DNA of 36,801 bases from an uncultured Planctomycetales bacterium (GTDB lineage Bacteria > Omnitrophota > Gorgyraeia > Gygaellales > Profunditerraquicolaceae): NCBI GenBank assembly GCA_964487475.1, contig CAZAPM010000006.1, positions 85,702 to 122,502 of the forward strand, in the 5' to 3' direction. Position 1 is the stretch's first letter. Each line of letters opens with the position of its first letter. The position numbers and the translations under genes were made by a program. The notes under the pieces were generated by a model that searched no databases, was not told the origin of the DNA, and worked only from the letters and a program-made list of their open reading frames with translations. Of this stretch, positions 19,532-29,843 are shown in pieces.

Positions 19532-20766
19532 CTTCCGATCACCCTCTTGCGGTGCAGGATATGGTGATACGCCACCGCGAAACGGTGCGCTTCATCCCGC
19601 ACGCGGCGGATGAGATTAAGCCCGGCATCCCCTTCCCGGAAACGGAACGGCCGGGGCCTGCCGGCAACGTAAATATTCTCGTCCTCTTTGGCGATGCTCA
19701 TCAGCGCCACTTCCACCCCCAGCCCCTTCAGCACCCCCAGAGCCGCTTCCAGATGTCCCTTTCCCCCGTCGATAAGCACGAGGTCGGGCAGCGCCGCGCC
19801 CTCGGCCAGCACCCGCGTATAACGGCGGCGCACCACTTCCCGCATCATGGCGTAATCGTCGATACCGGCAACGGTACGGATACGGAACCTGCGGTAATTG
19901 GCTTTGTCGGGCTTGCCCTGCCAGAAGCTGACCATGGACCCCGTGGCCTCCCGGCCGCGCATATTGGAGATATCGAACGCCTCGATGCGCTCGCAGGGCT
20001 TGGGCAATCCCAGCAGATCCTGCAGGCGCTGCGCTTCCCCCAGGTATACCTCCCCTTCGGATTCCCCGGACACCACGCTCAACGCCTGCACCTGGTCCCG
20101 GTACTGTGCCGCGGCCTCGTAGCGGTGCTCCCTGGCAGCGCGCTGCATCTGCGCCGTCAAAGACGCGATCAGCTCTATATATTTCCCCTGAAGGAACAGC
20201 CTGACCCGGCCGATTATCTCTCCGTACTCTTTTTCCGGGATACTGCCTTCGCACGGCGCCGGACAGAGACGAAGCCGGTGATAAAGGCACGCCTTAGAGG
20301 GCATGGCCCGGCAGGTCCTGAACCCGAATATCCGGCGCATGGTCAGCATGGCTTTGCGCAAGCTGGCAGCGTCGGTATAGGGGCCGAAGTACTCCGCAGG
20401 CGAGGGATCCTCCCGCTTATTCCTGCGCACTACCGAGACGATGGGAAACCTCTCGCGGGTGATCCGCACCCAGGGAAAAGATTTGTCGTCTTTGAGCGCG
20501 AGGTTATACTGCGGCTGCAGCTCCTTGACCAGGGAGGCTTCCAGTATCTGGGCCTGCGCCTCGCTTAAAGTGACCCGGTGCCTGACGGATACGATGCGGG
20601 CGACCAGCGCCTGGGTCTTGGCATCCAACCTGCGGGAAAAATACGAGGCCACCCTTTTGCGCAGGGATTTGGCCTTGCCCACATACAGTACCGTACCCTG
20701 CGCATCCAGAAAAAAGTACACCCCCGGCAACAAAGGAAGTGCCGCCGCCTGCTCCCGGGCCGTCAT
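19528..20766 (-). CDS. uvrC: Excinuclease ABC subunit C, short form (412 aa) lacking the C-terminal HhH domain
   Basis: GIY-YIG (GVYFF, YVGKAK), Cys cluster, UVR domain and RNase H-like domain (EAFDIS, DDY, IDGGKGH, RDEAHRFA); ATGA overlap with murJ. Confidence 0.9.
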   Translation of the reverse strand: MTAREQAAALPLLPGVYFFLDAQGTVLYVGKAKSLRKRVASYFSRRLDAKTQALVARIVSVRHRVTLSEAQAQILEASLVKELQPQYNLALKDDKSFPWVRITRERFPIVSVVRRNKREDPSPAEYFGPYTDAASLRKAMLTMRRIFGFRTCRAMPSKACLYHRLRLCPAPCEGSIPEKEYGEIIGRVRLFLQGKYIELIASLTAQMQRAAREHRYEAAAQYRDQVQALSVVSGESEGEVYLGEAQRLQDLLGLPKPCERIEAFDISNMRGREATGSMVSFWQGKPDKANYRRFRIRTVAGIDDYAMMREVVRRRYTRVLAEGAALPDLVLIDGGKGHLEAALGVLKGLGVEVALMSIAKEDENIYVAGRPRPFRFREGDAGLNLIRRVRDEAHRFAVAYHHILHRKRVIGR

Positions 20767-22322
20767 ACCGCCATCCTGCTGCGCGCCCAGGCTGCCAGCT
20801 CCCTCAACTCCCGCACCCGCAGCACCCAGCAGCTTCCGACATACACCGCGGCCCCGGAGAAGATCACCCCCGAGAGCCTCAGCCAATGCGCTCCGGCAGA
20901 AGCATCCTTCGGGAAAGGAACGCTCCCCAGCAGCGCGCAAAAAACCCACATCAGCCCGCTGCACAGCGCGATACGCGCGGCGGAATCCGCGCACTCTCTG
21001 ACGGGAAGCTGCGGAAGCCTGCGCCGCAGCGCATCCACTAACCAGACGCAGGATAACAGCCCCGTGATCGAGGTAGCCAGCGCGATCCCCGAGATCTTCA
21101 AGGGGAACATGAGCGCCGCATTCAATGCCACGCTGCACGCCAACGCCACGGCCGAGATCCGGGCAGGGGTGGCGGTATCCTTCAGGGCAAAGAAACAGAA
21201 TTGCAGGATACGGTTCAGGCCGAAAGCCGTTAAGCCGATACTGTAGCAGACCAGCACCCGGCTGGTCTGCTCCACCGCATACGCGTCGAATTTCCCTCCG
21301 GAGAAAAGGGTCTCCACGATCAGGGGACTGGCAGCGATAAAACCGGCGGTGGCAGGCAGGAGCACGAAGAGGGTCGCCCGCACTCCGAATGAAAGCGTGC
21401 GCAGCAAATTGTCCCGGGAACTCTCCAGTCCCTGTGCGGAAAGGGTCGGCAGGATGGCCTGCGAAAGCGCGGTGCTGAACACCCCCAGGGGGAACTGGAT
21501 AAGCCGGTACGCGAAATACAGCACCGCCACCCCCCCCTCCCCCACGACCAGCGCGAAAGACCCGAAAATGGAATCCACGAAATTATTGAGCTGGTAGATA
21601 CCCGAGCTGGCCATGCGCGGCACCATCAGCCTGCCGATCTGGCGGCAGCCGGGATGACCGAACCCCGTAAGGAACGAGGGCCGGAACCCTTTTCTCCACA
21701 ACATCGGCACCTGCACCGCCAGCTGCAGCATCCCGCCCAGGAGCACGCCCACCGCCACCCCCCTGACCCCCTCTCCGAAAAAGATCGCGGAGGCGATAAT
21801 GGCGATGTTAAGCAGGCAGGGCGCGAACGCCGGAACGGAGAAATGCTTCAGGGAATTGAGCACCGCCATGGCGTAGGCGGCCAGGCCGATGAGCAGGATA
21901 TAGGGGAAGATGACCCGGTTGAGCGCAATGGTCACCGCCAGCTTCTGCGGATCGTCCGCAAACCCCGGGGCCATCAGCCGCACCAGCACCGGCGCCAGGG
22001 CGATCCCGGCCAGAGTGATCACGCTCAACACCACCAACAGGGCATTGAGCAGGGCATTCGCCAGCTTCCAGAACTCCTCCCTGGAGCGGGTCGCGGCATA
22101 CTCGCTTAAGACCGGCACCATGGCGGCATTGGCCGCTCCCTCCCCCACCATATCCCGGAAGAGGTTGGGGATGCGAAACGCCACCACGAACGCCTGAGCG
22201 TACACCTGCACTCCCAGGAGCCTGGCCAGGACCATATCCCGGAAAAACCCCAGCAGCCTCGAACAAAGGGTCGCCAGGCTGATCACGGAAGCGCTGCGGG
22301 CTATGGATTTGTTTGTTGACAT
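20763..22322 (-). CDS. murJ: Lipid II flippase MurJ (MviN)
   Basis: SRLLGFFRD, AFRIPNLFR, GEGA and RLIQFPLG motifs. Confidence 0.95.
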   Translation of the reverse strand: MSTNKSIARSASVISLATLCSRLLGFFRDMVLARLLGVQVYAQAFVVAFRIPNLFRDMVGEGAANAAMVPVLSEYAATRSREEFWKLANALLNALLVVLSVITLAGIALAPVLVRLMAPGFADDPQKLAVTIALNRVIFPYILLIGLAAYAMAVLNSLKHFSVPAFAPCLLNIAIIASAIFFGEGVRGVAVGVLLGGMLQLAVQVPMLWRKGFRPSFLTGFGHPGCRQIGRLMVPRMASSGIYQLNNFVDSIFGSFALVVGEGGVAVLYFAYRLIQFPLGVFSTALSQAILPTLSAQGLESSRDNLLRTLSFGVRATLFVLLPATAGFIAASPLIVETLFSGGKFDAYAVEQTSRVLVCYSIGLTAFGLNRILQFCFFALKDTATPARISAVALACSVALNAALMFPLKISGIALATSITGLLSCVWLVDALRRRLPQLPVRECADSAARIALCSGLMWVFCALLGSVPFPKDASAGAHWLRLSGVIFSGAAVYVGSCWVLRVRELRELAAWARSRMAV

Positions 22323-22344
22323 TATCCCTCAAGTATGGTATAGA
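22316..22344 (+). promoter_or_regulatory. Probable rpsT promoter overlapping the murJ start
   Basis: TTGACA-17-TATAGA with an extended -10 TGG; AAGGAG RBS downstream. Confidence 0.55.
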
Positions 22345-22405
22345 TTAAATACTTGTGAAATCGTATGTTTCAATCGTATAAGAAAAACGGTAAGGAGATA
22401 TTTCA

Positions 22406-22669
22406 ATGCCAAGACGTGCCACATCAAGAAGGACGGATCGCGCGGCGAACCGCAAGTACCTGCGCAATCTCAAGACCAAAAAAGACATAAAGAAATCCCT
22501 TAAGGAATTCCAGGGGCTGCTTACCGCAAAGAACATGGCGGAAGCGAAAAAGCTGCTGACCAAACTTTTCTCAAAACTGGATAAAGCGGCTAAAAAAGGT
22601 ATCCTGCACCCCAATACCGCGGCCAGGAAAAAATCCGGATTAAGCCGCCGCGTGGGCAAAACCGCTTAA
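22406..22669 (+). CDS. rpsT: 30S ribosomal protein S20
   Basis: LDKAAKKGILHPNTAARKKS motif in an 87-aa basic protein. Confidence 0.95.
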   Translation: MPRRATSRRTDRAANRKYLRNLKTKKDIKKSLKEFQGLLTAKNMAEAKKLLTKLFSKLDKAAKKGILHPNTAARKKSGLSRRVGKTA

Positions 22670-23299
22670 CGCGAACACCAGTTTTTCCAGCGCCAGCTCG
22701 GCTTTCAAGGCGCCGGTTTTGATCTCCCTGTCGCAGTCAAGAAGCAGTTTCATCTGCTTTTCGGCTGCGACAGTGTTTTGTAGGGCGCCCTTCTGGCAGG
22801 CGTACCGCAATCCTCCCAGTATCCTTTCCGGCTTCTCCCCTTCCTGCAGCAGCTGATGCAGCACCTTGAGCGCTTCCGAGACCTTGCGCTGCTCGAGTTG
22901 CCGGTAAAGATAGAACGTGTCGGGCTTGCGGAGCTCCTTGAAGGACATCCGCTTCGCCTTCGGGGCCAGCGCCTGGAAAAAGGCGTCCCTATACGGCACC
23001 TCGTCAGCTTCCAGCACCAGCACCACATGGCCTGCCGGTGCGCGTACGTATGAGGTAAGGTACTCTTTCAATTCGTCCTTGAGGGAAGCGGCGTCTTTGA
23101 TCACCACGACACGCCGGGAAGCGCCGGCGCCGACAGGCAGGAAGAGCAGCTTTTCCTGCAGTAATTTCAAGGTAAGGTCACGGCCGAAAAGGCAGTCGTA
23201 ATTGAATTCCCGGGATTCCGGGGAGAGGAGCTGCGCCTTCAGGGAAGCTAACGCGGCGTCTTTGGCAGGGACATCCGAACCGACCAGCAGATAGATCAT
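22640..23299 (-). CDS. holA: DNA polymerase III delta subunit, short form (219 aa)
   Basis: MIYLLVG, FNYDCLFG, RRVVVIK and C-terminal DREIKTG..ELALEKL; located between lptE and rpsT. Confidence 0.78.
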   Translation of the reverse strand: MIYLLVGSDVPAKDAALASLKAQLLSPESREFNYDCLFGRDLTLKLLQEKLLFLPVGAGASRRVVVIKDAASLKDELKEYLTSYVRAPAGHVVLVLEADEVPYRDAFFQALAPKAKRMSFKELRKPDTFYLYRQLEQRKVSEALKVLHQLLQEGEKPERILGGLRYACQKGALQNTVAAEKQMKLLLDCDREIKTGALKAELALEKLVFALSGFAHAAA

Positions 23300-23318
23300 G
23301 GGCACCTCGGGCAAGCGC

Positions 23319-23861
23319 CTACCACTCCTCGACGGTGCGCTCGACGATGCGCCGGGCCAGGTCCGCGATCGCGTCGCTGATCGCCGCTTCGTCGCTCTTG
23401 GAATTAAGGTGTCCCGGAGTGAAGTAGGTGGTATCCCCGGTAAAGCTTTTCTCTTCCCACACCAGCTTGTTCTCCCGGGCATCCCACAGCGCCAGGTTCA
23501 CCCGGACATTGACCCGGTATTCCTCCACCTCGTCGTTATCGTCATAGCGTAAAGGATCGCGCATGAACTCCACCAGCTCCCCGCGCAGCACCAGGTCGGC
23601 ATTGGCCTCGCTGACCGGCCGCAGGTTGCCGTCAAAAAGATATTTGTTCGCCACCGCCTTGGTGATATCGGTCTCCAGCCTCGGCCGGTAGATCTTATAT
23701 TTACCCTGGACGTTCGACTCCAGGGTGATGTCTATCTTGTTGACGAACGGCACGATATAAATGGTGCGGTACTGGTTAGAGATCGCCGAACGCGTCGTAT
23801 ACCCGCACCCCGCGCACGCCAGCGCCAGAAGACACGCGCCTGCCCGCAAGAACGTTCTCAT
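23319..23861 (-). CDS. lptE: LptE-family lipoprotein
   Basis: Lipobox ACAGCGY, TIYIVPFVN and ADLVLRGEL; upstream of holA. Confidence 0.72.
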   Translation of the reverse strand: MRTFLRAGACLLALACAGCGYTTRSAISNQYRTIYIVPFVNKIDITLESNVQGKYKIYRPRLETDITKAVANKYLFDGNLRPVSEANADLVLRGELVEFMRDPLRYDDNDEVEEYRVNVRVNLALWDARENKLVWEEKSFTGDTTYFTPGHLNSKSDEAAISDAIADLARRIVERTVEEW

Positions 23862-24811
23862 CGCTTCCTGCCTTTCTCCATCCGCTGCAGCCGCTCCAGG
23901 GCCTTGACCGCCCAGGAGGAGTGGGGATATGAATCGATCACGTCGTTATAGTAGATCGCGGCGGAGTCATATGCCTTCTGCTTCTCGTAGAATACCGCCG
24001 TCTCGAAATTCGCCTGCGCTTCCTTCTCGTTAAGCGCCGAGATGTTCTCTTCGGCCTTGTCGGAAAGCTCGGCGTCGGGATTGTCCCGCACGAACTCCTC
24101 GAACTTCTCCTTGGCTTCCTGCGCGGCGCCCTGATCGTACGCCGGCCCGCGCGATACCGCTGCGCGGCATTCGGCGATCTGGAACTTCGCCGGTTCGACC
24201 CAGTCGCTCTCGGGATAGCGGGAAAGCACCTTGTTGAACGCCTCCTCCGCCTCATAATAACGCTGCAGCTGCTTTAAGACCAGGCCGAGCTTATACTGCG
24301 CCTTGGCGGCAAGAGGCCCGTAGGTCGAATTCTCCACCACCTTGGTAAGGATCTCGATAGCCGGGTTCTCCACCGGCAAATTCACGCCCAGCGCCTTGCG
24401 CTTCTCCCCTTCGATGAACCGCTCAGCCAGCGCATACTGCTTCTCGATGATCTCCTGGATCCTGGTGGAGAACGGATACTTGTCGATCACTTTCTGATAC
24501 GCCTGGAACGCTTCGTAAGGACGGCCGGAAGCATCCTCGGAGAGCCCGAGATAATACTGGCTTTCCGCCGCTTCCTTGGATTTAGGGTAATTCTTGAGGA
24601 GTTTTTTGAATTCGGTTATGGCAGAGACGTAATTTTTTACCTCATAAAGGCTTCTGGCATATTCGAACTGCTCCGCGGGAGAGGGACGCGGCTCGGTTTT
24701 CGGATTGATCATCTTCTTGGTCTTCGGATTCAATATCCAGAAGGCATGCGCGTCAGCAGGGAAAGATGCCGCACCCAGGGCAAGGATCATCATCAGGACA
24801 GTAATTCTCAT
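23858..24811 (-). CDS. bamD: BamD-like TPR outer-membrane assembly protein
   Basis: Repeated TPR YPxS units, YDQ..AQEAKEKFEEF and C-terminal FYEKQKAYDSAAIYY; signal peptide without a clear lipobox. Confidence 0.7.
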   Translation of the reverse strand: MRITVLMMILALGAASFPADAHAFWILNPKTKKMINPKTEPRPSPAEQFEYARSLYEVKNYVSAITEFKKLLKNYPKSKEAAESQYYLGLSEDASGRPYEAFQAYQKVIDKYPFSTRIQEIIEKQYALAERFIEGEKRKALGVNLPVENPAIEILTKVVENSTYGPLAAKAQYKLGLVLKQLQRYYEAEEAFNKVLSRYPESDWVEPAKFQIAECRAAVSRGPAYDQGAAQEAKEKFEEFVRDNPDAELSDKAEENISALNEKEAQANFETAVFYEKQKAYDSAAIYYNDVIDSYPHSSWAVKALERLQRMEKGRKR

Positions 24812-24819
24812 AGGAAAGT

Positions 24820-24848
24820 ACTTTAACACACCGCCTACGCTTTGTCAA
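24820..24848 (-). promoter_or_regulatory. Promoter for bamD-lptE-holA
   Basis: TTGACA-17-TAAAGT with an extended -10 TGT, 8 nt before ATG. Confidence 0.6.
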
Positions 24849-26284
24849 CCGCATCCGCGCGGCAGAAAGAAGCACGCGCCGGGCATTTTCGAGGCCAGGT
24901 GTGCGGCTGCCAGCAGCGCTGAGATGGACAGCCGGCACAGATATGCGCAGGGCCAGGCTGCCGGAGGCAGCCAGAGTCCGCATACGATCAGCGCGGCTCC
25001 GGAAACGGTCACGGCCGTAGCCAAAGGCACGATAACGATATTGGCCAGTATCCCGGAAGGAGCGATCACCCGGCAGTGCCAGGCTACCGGCAGCGCCGTC
25101 CCGAACCAGGCGGTCAGGGAAGCGGCCAGCCCCGCCCCTATCCCGCGCATGATCCTGCCCGGATACCGGCTGACCCGCATCCAGGAATATACCCGGGGAT
25201 ACCCGGCGATCAGGGTGACCACGCTGGCAAAGGAAAGCTGAAAACTGGCATCCTGTGCCTGCCGCGGATCGGCAACGAGCATCGCGGTTGCCGCGATCCC
25301 GGCCGCATGCAGCATATCCGGGGTGCGCTGGCAGGCGGCTGCCAGAAGCGCCAGGCACGTCATTACCGTAGCCCGGGTGACCGGGGCAGCGGCTCCGGTC
25401 AACGCACAATATGCGATCACGCATACTGCCGCCAGGACCAGGCGCCTGGACCTGGAGAGCTGCACGAGTTTTCCCGCTCCCAGCACCAGCCAGGCGACCA
25501 CTCCGGTATTGAACCCGCTTACCACCAGCACGTGCACTCCTCCGCAGCGCACCAGCATCTGGAACACGGGATCCGGCACCCCCTCCTTCACCCCCAGCAC
25601 CATCGCCGCCGCAATGCCCGCATGCAAAGAAGGAAGGTACTTCTGCAGTACCTGCGAAAGCAGCACGCGCAGGGAGGCCATCATCCGGGGCACCTGCGCA
25701 AATCCCGTTGCGGGACGGCGGGAAAGGATATCGTATCCGCGCACCTGCGCACAGAACCCCGGGACCGCCCTCCGGCACGGCCTGGCCGGCAGGGAAAGCC
25801 GCATTTCGAGAGAATCCCCGGAAAAAAGCGCCTCCCCGCCGGTAATACGCAGCGTCACTTCTCCTTCACACGAGTACGCCTCCCGGCCGGTGCGCACCTC
25901 CTGCACGGAGAGCACGCACACCTGCGCGCTGCCGTATTTACGGACTTCCCCCTTTACCCTGCCGCGGCACTCGTATATCCCGGGATCCTGCAACGCGGGG
26001 ATGCGCGCGAAGTGCCGGGCGGATATCCCGCTGCGTACGGCCATGTGCGCGCCCCCGAGCAAAAAACACACTGCCAGGATGAGGCCTCCTCCGTATATCC
26101 GCTGCGCGTACCCCCGGGCCAGGGACGCCAGCATCATCGCACCGGCAGCCAGACACCACCAGGCTGCCGGAAACGGGATCAGCACCGCCATCCAGATCCC
26201 GGCTGCGAACGCCCCTCCTGCCGCGCACCAGGGCCGGCCGGAGACGGCATCATTCCACCTTGAAATGATCCTTGATCCGTTCAT
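24845..26284 (-). CDS. comEC: ComEC/Rec2 competence channel without the C-terminal metallo-beta-lactamase domain
   Basis: GGVHVLVVSGFN, PVTRATVM, SFQLSF and GILAN motifs. Confidence 0.85.
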   Translation of the reverse strand: MNGSRIISRWNDAVSGRPWCAAGGAFAAGIWMAVLIPFPAAWWCLAAGAMMLASLARGYAQRIYGGGLILAVCFLLGGAHMAVRSGISARHFARIPALQDPGIYECRGRVKGEVRKYGSAQVCVLSVQEVRTGREAYSCEGEVTLRITGGEALFSGDSLEMRLSLPARPCRRAVPGFCAQVRGYDILSRRPATGFAQVPRMMASLRVLLSQVLQKYLPSLHAGIAAAMVLGVKEGVPDPVFQMLVRCGGVHVLVVSGFNTGVVAWLVLGAGKLVQLSRSRRLVLAAVCVIAYCALTGAAAPVTRATVMTCLALLAAACQRTPDMLHAAGIAATAMLVADPRQAQDASFQLSFASVVTLIAGYPRVYSWMRVSRYPGRIMRGIGAGLAASLTAWFGTALPVAWHCRVIAPSGILANIVIVPLATAVTVSGAALIVCGLWLPPAAWPCAYLCRLSISALLAAAHLASKMPGACFFLPRGCG

Positions 26285-26573
26285 ACCGCACCGGGCCTAT
26301 TCCCTTGACCTTGCGCAGGTCATCCACGCGCTGATAAGGACCGGCGTCATTGCGGTAACGGATGATATCCCCGGCCAAGCGCTCCGGGATCTTACGGGTC
26401 CGCAGCAAGTCCGCGACCGTTGCCCGGTTCAAGTCCACCCGGCCGTCGAGCCCCTCCGCATCCAGGAACCGCGCGGCCGCAGGGAGACGCTGCTGCGCCA
26501 GACGTACCAGCGCACCGGCCTGCACCAGGCCGATCACCGCCATGACCATGATCCACTGGGATTTTGTCAGCAT
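26250..26573 (-). CDS. comEA: ComEA-like helix-hairpin-helix DNA-binding protein
   Basis: VDLNRAT, IIRYR, GPY and DLRKVKGIG; N-terminal hydrophobic anchor; GGAGG RBS. Confidence 0.85.
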   Translation of the reverse strand: MLTKSQWIMVMAVIGLVQAGALVRLAQQRLPAAARFLDAEGLDGRVDLNRATVADLLRTRKIPERLAGDIIRYRNDAGPYQRVDDLRKVKGIGPVRYERIKDHFKVE

Positions 26574-26666
26574 GCGATCCTCCTTTCCCCTTAAGACGCA
26601 GGGCAGGAGAGTATCTCACGCGGGATTGCACTGGCAGGAAGGAAGGGAATGCGCTATACTAAAGGT

Positions 26667-27044
26667 ATGGATGGGTGCAAGATACTGTGCATTGACGATG
26701 ACAAGAACACCTTCGTGACCATCCGTGATTTCCTGGAATCCTTCGGATACCAGGTCTGCGCGGCGTATGACGCCGCCAGCGGGCTGGAGATGGTGCGGGA
26801 CTGGCAGCCGGACCTGATCCTGCTCGACTTGGTGCTCCCCGATATCAGCGGATTCAAGATCGCCCAGGAAATAAAAAATGCGCCCGCCTGGGCGCATATC
26901 CCGATCATCGCCATCTCCCTGAAACACGAGGACGTCGACAAACACGTCGCGGCCAAGAGCGGCGCGATCGACTACCTGGAAAAACCCGTCTCCCTGGAAA
27001 AACTCGCCTACAGCATCAAGGAAGCGCTGGGACAAAAAAGCTAG
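26667..27044 (+). CDS. Single-domain response regulator
   Basis: IDDD, DLILLD, SG and KP receiver motifs. Confidence 0.88.
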   Translation: MDGCKILCIDDDKNTFVTIRDFLESFGYQVCAAYDAASGLEMVRDWQPDLILLDLVLPDISGFKIAQEIKNAPAWAHIPIIAISLKHEDVDKHVAAKSGAIDYLEKPVSLEKLAYSIKEALGQKS

Positions 27045-29440
27045 ATCACGATACTGATCAGTTTGCCCGGCACCACGATCACCTTGCGCACCGGTTTTCC
27101 CGCGATCCACGAGGAGATCTTCTCGTCCCGCAGCACCTGTTCCCGGATCGCCTCTTCTGCCGCCGTCGCCGCCACTTCCAGATGCCCGCGCACCTTTCCG
27201 TTGACCTGCACGGCCAGCGTCACCGTGCTCTCGACCAGCAGGGCGGGATCGAAGATCGGCCAGGAGGCCTTGCCGACACTTCCGGCATGCCCGAGGTTCT
27301 GCCAGATCTCCTCGCAAAAATGGGGCGCGATGGGGCTTAAGAGCACCACCAGCTGCGAATACACCTCCTTATCCGCGCCGTGGCTGTAGATGGCGTTGGT
27401 CAATTCCATGAGCCCGGCGATGGCGGTATTGAATTTGAACTGCTCGAAATCCTCCGTCACTTTCTTGATGGCGCGGGCAAGGGCCTTGCGCACCTCGATA
27501 CCCGCCTGGGGGATAAGATTATCCTGGAGGCGCCAGACGCGCAGGAGGAACTTGTACGCCCCTTCGATCCCCCGGTCATCCCACTCCAGCTCGGTCTCGG
27601 GAGGAGCGGCAAAAAGGATGAAAAGCCGCAGCGTATCCGCGCCGTATTTACTGATGATGGAATCCGGGTCGACGATGTTGCCCTTGGACTTGGACATCAC
27701 TTCTCCGTCCTTCAACACCATCCCCTGGGTCAGCAGTTTGGTGAACGGTTCGGAAAAATCCACCAGCCCTAAGTCCTGGAAGAATTTAGTGAAGAACCGG
27801 GAATACAGCAGGTGCAGGATAGCGTGCTCGATGCCGCCGATATACTGGTCCACGGGCATCCAGTATTTCGCGGCGGCGGGATCAAAAGGCCCCTTCTCGA
27901 ATTTCGGAGAACAGAAACGCAGGAAATACCAGGAGGAGTCGAAGAAGGTCGCCATGGTGTCCGTCTCCCTGCGCGCGGGCTTCCCGCACTTCGGGCACGC
28001 GGCCTCGACGAATTCCCTGACCTTGCCCAACGGGCTTCCGCCCTCTCCGGTGAAAGGCGCGTCCTCCGGCAGGCGCACGGGAAGCGCCTCGTAAGGCACC
28101 GGCACGATACCGCAGGAGCCGCAATAGATCACCGGGATGGGCGTTCCCCAATAACGCTGACGGGAGATGAGCCAGTCCCGCAGCCGCCAATGGGTCTGCA
28201 CTTTTCCCATGCCCTTGTGCTCCATCCACTCCGCGATCTTAGCCTTCGCCTGAGTATTGGCCAGGCCGTCGAACTGGCCGGAGTTCACCTGCACTCCCGC
28301 CCCCTCCCAGGCTTCGGCCATCGTTTCCGGCGACAGTGCCGGGGCATCTTTCGGCTGGATCACCACCCGCATGGGCAGCCCATGGGCTTTCGCGAAAAGA
28401 AAATCCCTCTGGTCGTGGGTCGGCACCGCCATGATGGCGCCGGTGCCGTACTCCATCAACACGTACTCCGCCACCCAGACAGGGATGACTTCCCGGTTCA
28501 CGGGATTGACCGCATAGCTGCCGGTAAAAACCCCCTCTTTAGAAGCTTCTTTGGAATCCCGGGCCCCGCGCTTTTCCTTCAACGCCTTCTCGCAGAACGC
28601 GGCCACGGCCGCCGCTTCCGGTTTTCCCCGGGTCAGGGTCTCGACCAGAGGATGCTCCGGCGCCAGCACGATATAGGTCGCCCCGAAAATGGTATCTGCC
28701 CGGGTAGTGAACACATTGATGGTCTGGTCGCTTCCCTGCACCCGGAAGAATATCTCCGCGCCCTGGCTCCTGCCGATCCAGTTGGTCTGCATCGCCACCA
28801 CGCGCGGCGGCCATTGCGAGAGCCGGGAAAGGTCCTCCAGCAGCCGTTCCTTATAATCCGTGATCTTCAGGTACCACTGATCGAGCTCCTTCTGCTCGAC
28901 CGCGGAATGACAACGCCAGCAGCCGCCTTCGATAACCTCCTCGTTCGCCAGGGTGGTCGCGCAGGAAGGGCACCAGTTGACCTTGGAGGCCTTTTTGTAC
29001 GCTAATCCCCGCTCGAGCATTTTCAGGAAGATCCACTGATTCCAGGCGTAATACGGCGCGTCGCACGTGGAAACCTCGCGCTCCCAGTCATAGGAAAACC
29101 CCATCTTCCGCAGCTCGACCTTCATCCAGTCGATGCACTTGTGCGTCCAGATGTCGGGCTTGGTGCTGTTCTTGATGGCGGCGTTCTCCGCCGGCTGGCC
29201 GAAGGCGTCGAATCCCATGGGATGGAGCACGGAATACCCCTGCAGCGCTTTGACCCGCGCCGCCACATCGCCGATGGTATAATTGCGCACGTGGCCCATA
29301 TGGATCTTGCCCGAAGGGTACGGGAACATCTCCAGGAGATAATACTTCCTGCGGCCCGGAGTTTCCTCGGCCTTGAACGCCCCGGACTCCGCCCAGATGC
29401 GCTGCCATTTCTCTTCTACTGCCTTGAACGAATACTCCAT
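27041..29440 (-). CDS. leuS: Leucine--tRNA ligase
   Basis: MFPYPSG, HMGH, SRQRYWG, GGIEHA and VMSKS motifs. Confidence 0.98.
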   Translation of the reverse strand: MEYSFKAVEEKWQRIWAESGAFKAEETPGRRKYYLLEMFPYPSGKIHMGHVRNYTIGDVAARVKALQGYSVLHPMGFDAFGQPAENAAIKNSTKPDIWTHKCIDWMKVELRKMGFSYDWEREVSTCDAPYYAWNQWIFLKMLERGLAYKKASKVNWCPSCATTLANEEVIEGGCWRCHSAVEQKELDQWYLKITDYKERLLEDLSRLSQWPPRVVAMQTNWIGRSQGAEIFFRVQGSDQTINVFTTRADTIFGATYIVLAPEHPLVETLTRGKPEAAAVAAFCEKALKEKRGARDSKEASKEGVFTGSYAVNPVNREVIPVWVAEYVLMEYGTGAIMAVPTHDQRDFLFAKAHGLPMRVVIQPKDAPALSPETMAEAWEGAGVQVNSGQFDGLANTQAKAKIAEWMEHKGMGKVQTHWRLRDWLISRQRYWGTPIPVIYCGSCGIVPVPYEALPVRLPEDAPFTGEGGSPLGKVREFVEAACPKCGKPARRETDTMATFFDSSWYFLRFCSPKFEKGPFDPAAAKYWMPVDQYIGGIEHAILHLLYSRFFTKFFQDLGLVDFSEPFTKLLTQGMVLKDGEVMSKSKGNIVDPDSIISKYGADTLRLFILFAAPPETELEWDDRGIEGAYKFLLRVWRLQDNLIPQAGIEVRKALARAIKKVTEDFEQFKFNTAIAGLMELTNAIYSHGADKEVYSQLVVLLSPIAPHFCEEIWQNLGHAGSVGKASWPIFDPALLVESTVTLAVQVNGKVRGHLEVAATAAEEAIREQVLRDEKISSWIAGKPVRKVIVVPGKLISIVI

Positions 29441-29839
29441 TTATTTACCTTCCTGAAATTTCCGCAGCGGGACTAAAGAAAGCATGGTATTGATCCCGGA
29501 GAGTATCTTGTCGAACCCGCAGGGCTTGGTCAGATAATGGTCCGCGTCCAGCCCGTAGCCGCTGCGCACGGAATCCAGGTCGTTCTGCGCGCTGACGATG
29601 ATGACCGGGACCCAGCGGTCCGTAACCTGTTTGCGGAGCTCTTTCAGCACCTCGAAACCGTTCATCCCGGGCATCATCAAATCCAGCAGCACCACATCGG
29701 GCTTTTCCCCGATAGCCTTCTGCAGCCCCTCTTCCCCGCTGTATGCGGTCGCCACTTCGAACCCTTCCCGCATCAGCCTGCGGGCGAGGGTCTCGGTGAT
29801 ATCGGAATCGTCGTCGACTACCAGGATCTTATGCGCCAT
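29441..29839 (-). CDS. Single-domain response regulator
   Basis: ILVVDDD, LLDLMMP and YLTKP; its stop abuts the leuS ATG. Confidence 0.88.
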   Translation of the reverse strand: MAHKILVVDDDSDITETLARRLMREGFEVATAYSGEEGLQKAIGEKPDVVLLDLMMPGMNGFEVLKELRKQVTDRWVPVIIVSAQNDLDSVRSGYGLDADHYLTKPCGFDKILSGINTMLSLVPLRKFQEGK

Positions 29840-29843
29840 GACG

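Noticed and set aside
20767..21138. 124-aa N-terminal extension of UvrC in the ORF track
   Set aside because: It lies inside murJ in another frame; the ATGA overlap at 20763-20766 gives the natural start.
22345..22659. 104-aa minus-strand ORF opposite rpsT
   Set aside because: Antisense shadow of the S20 gene.
27685..27705. LeuS KMSKS motif reads VMSKS
   Set aside because: The first position is variable in class I synthetases and the catalytic second Lys is retained.
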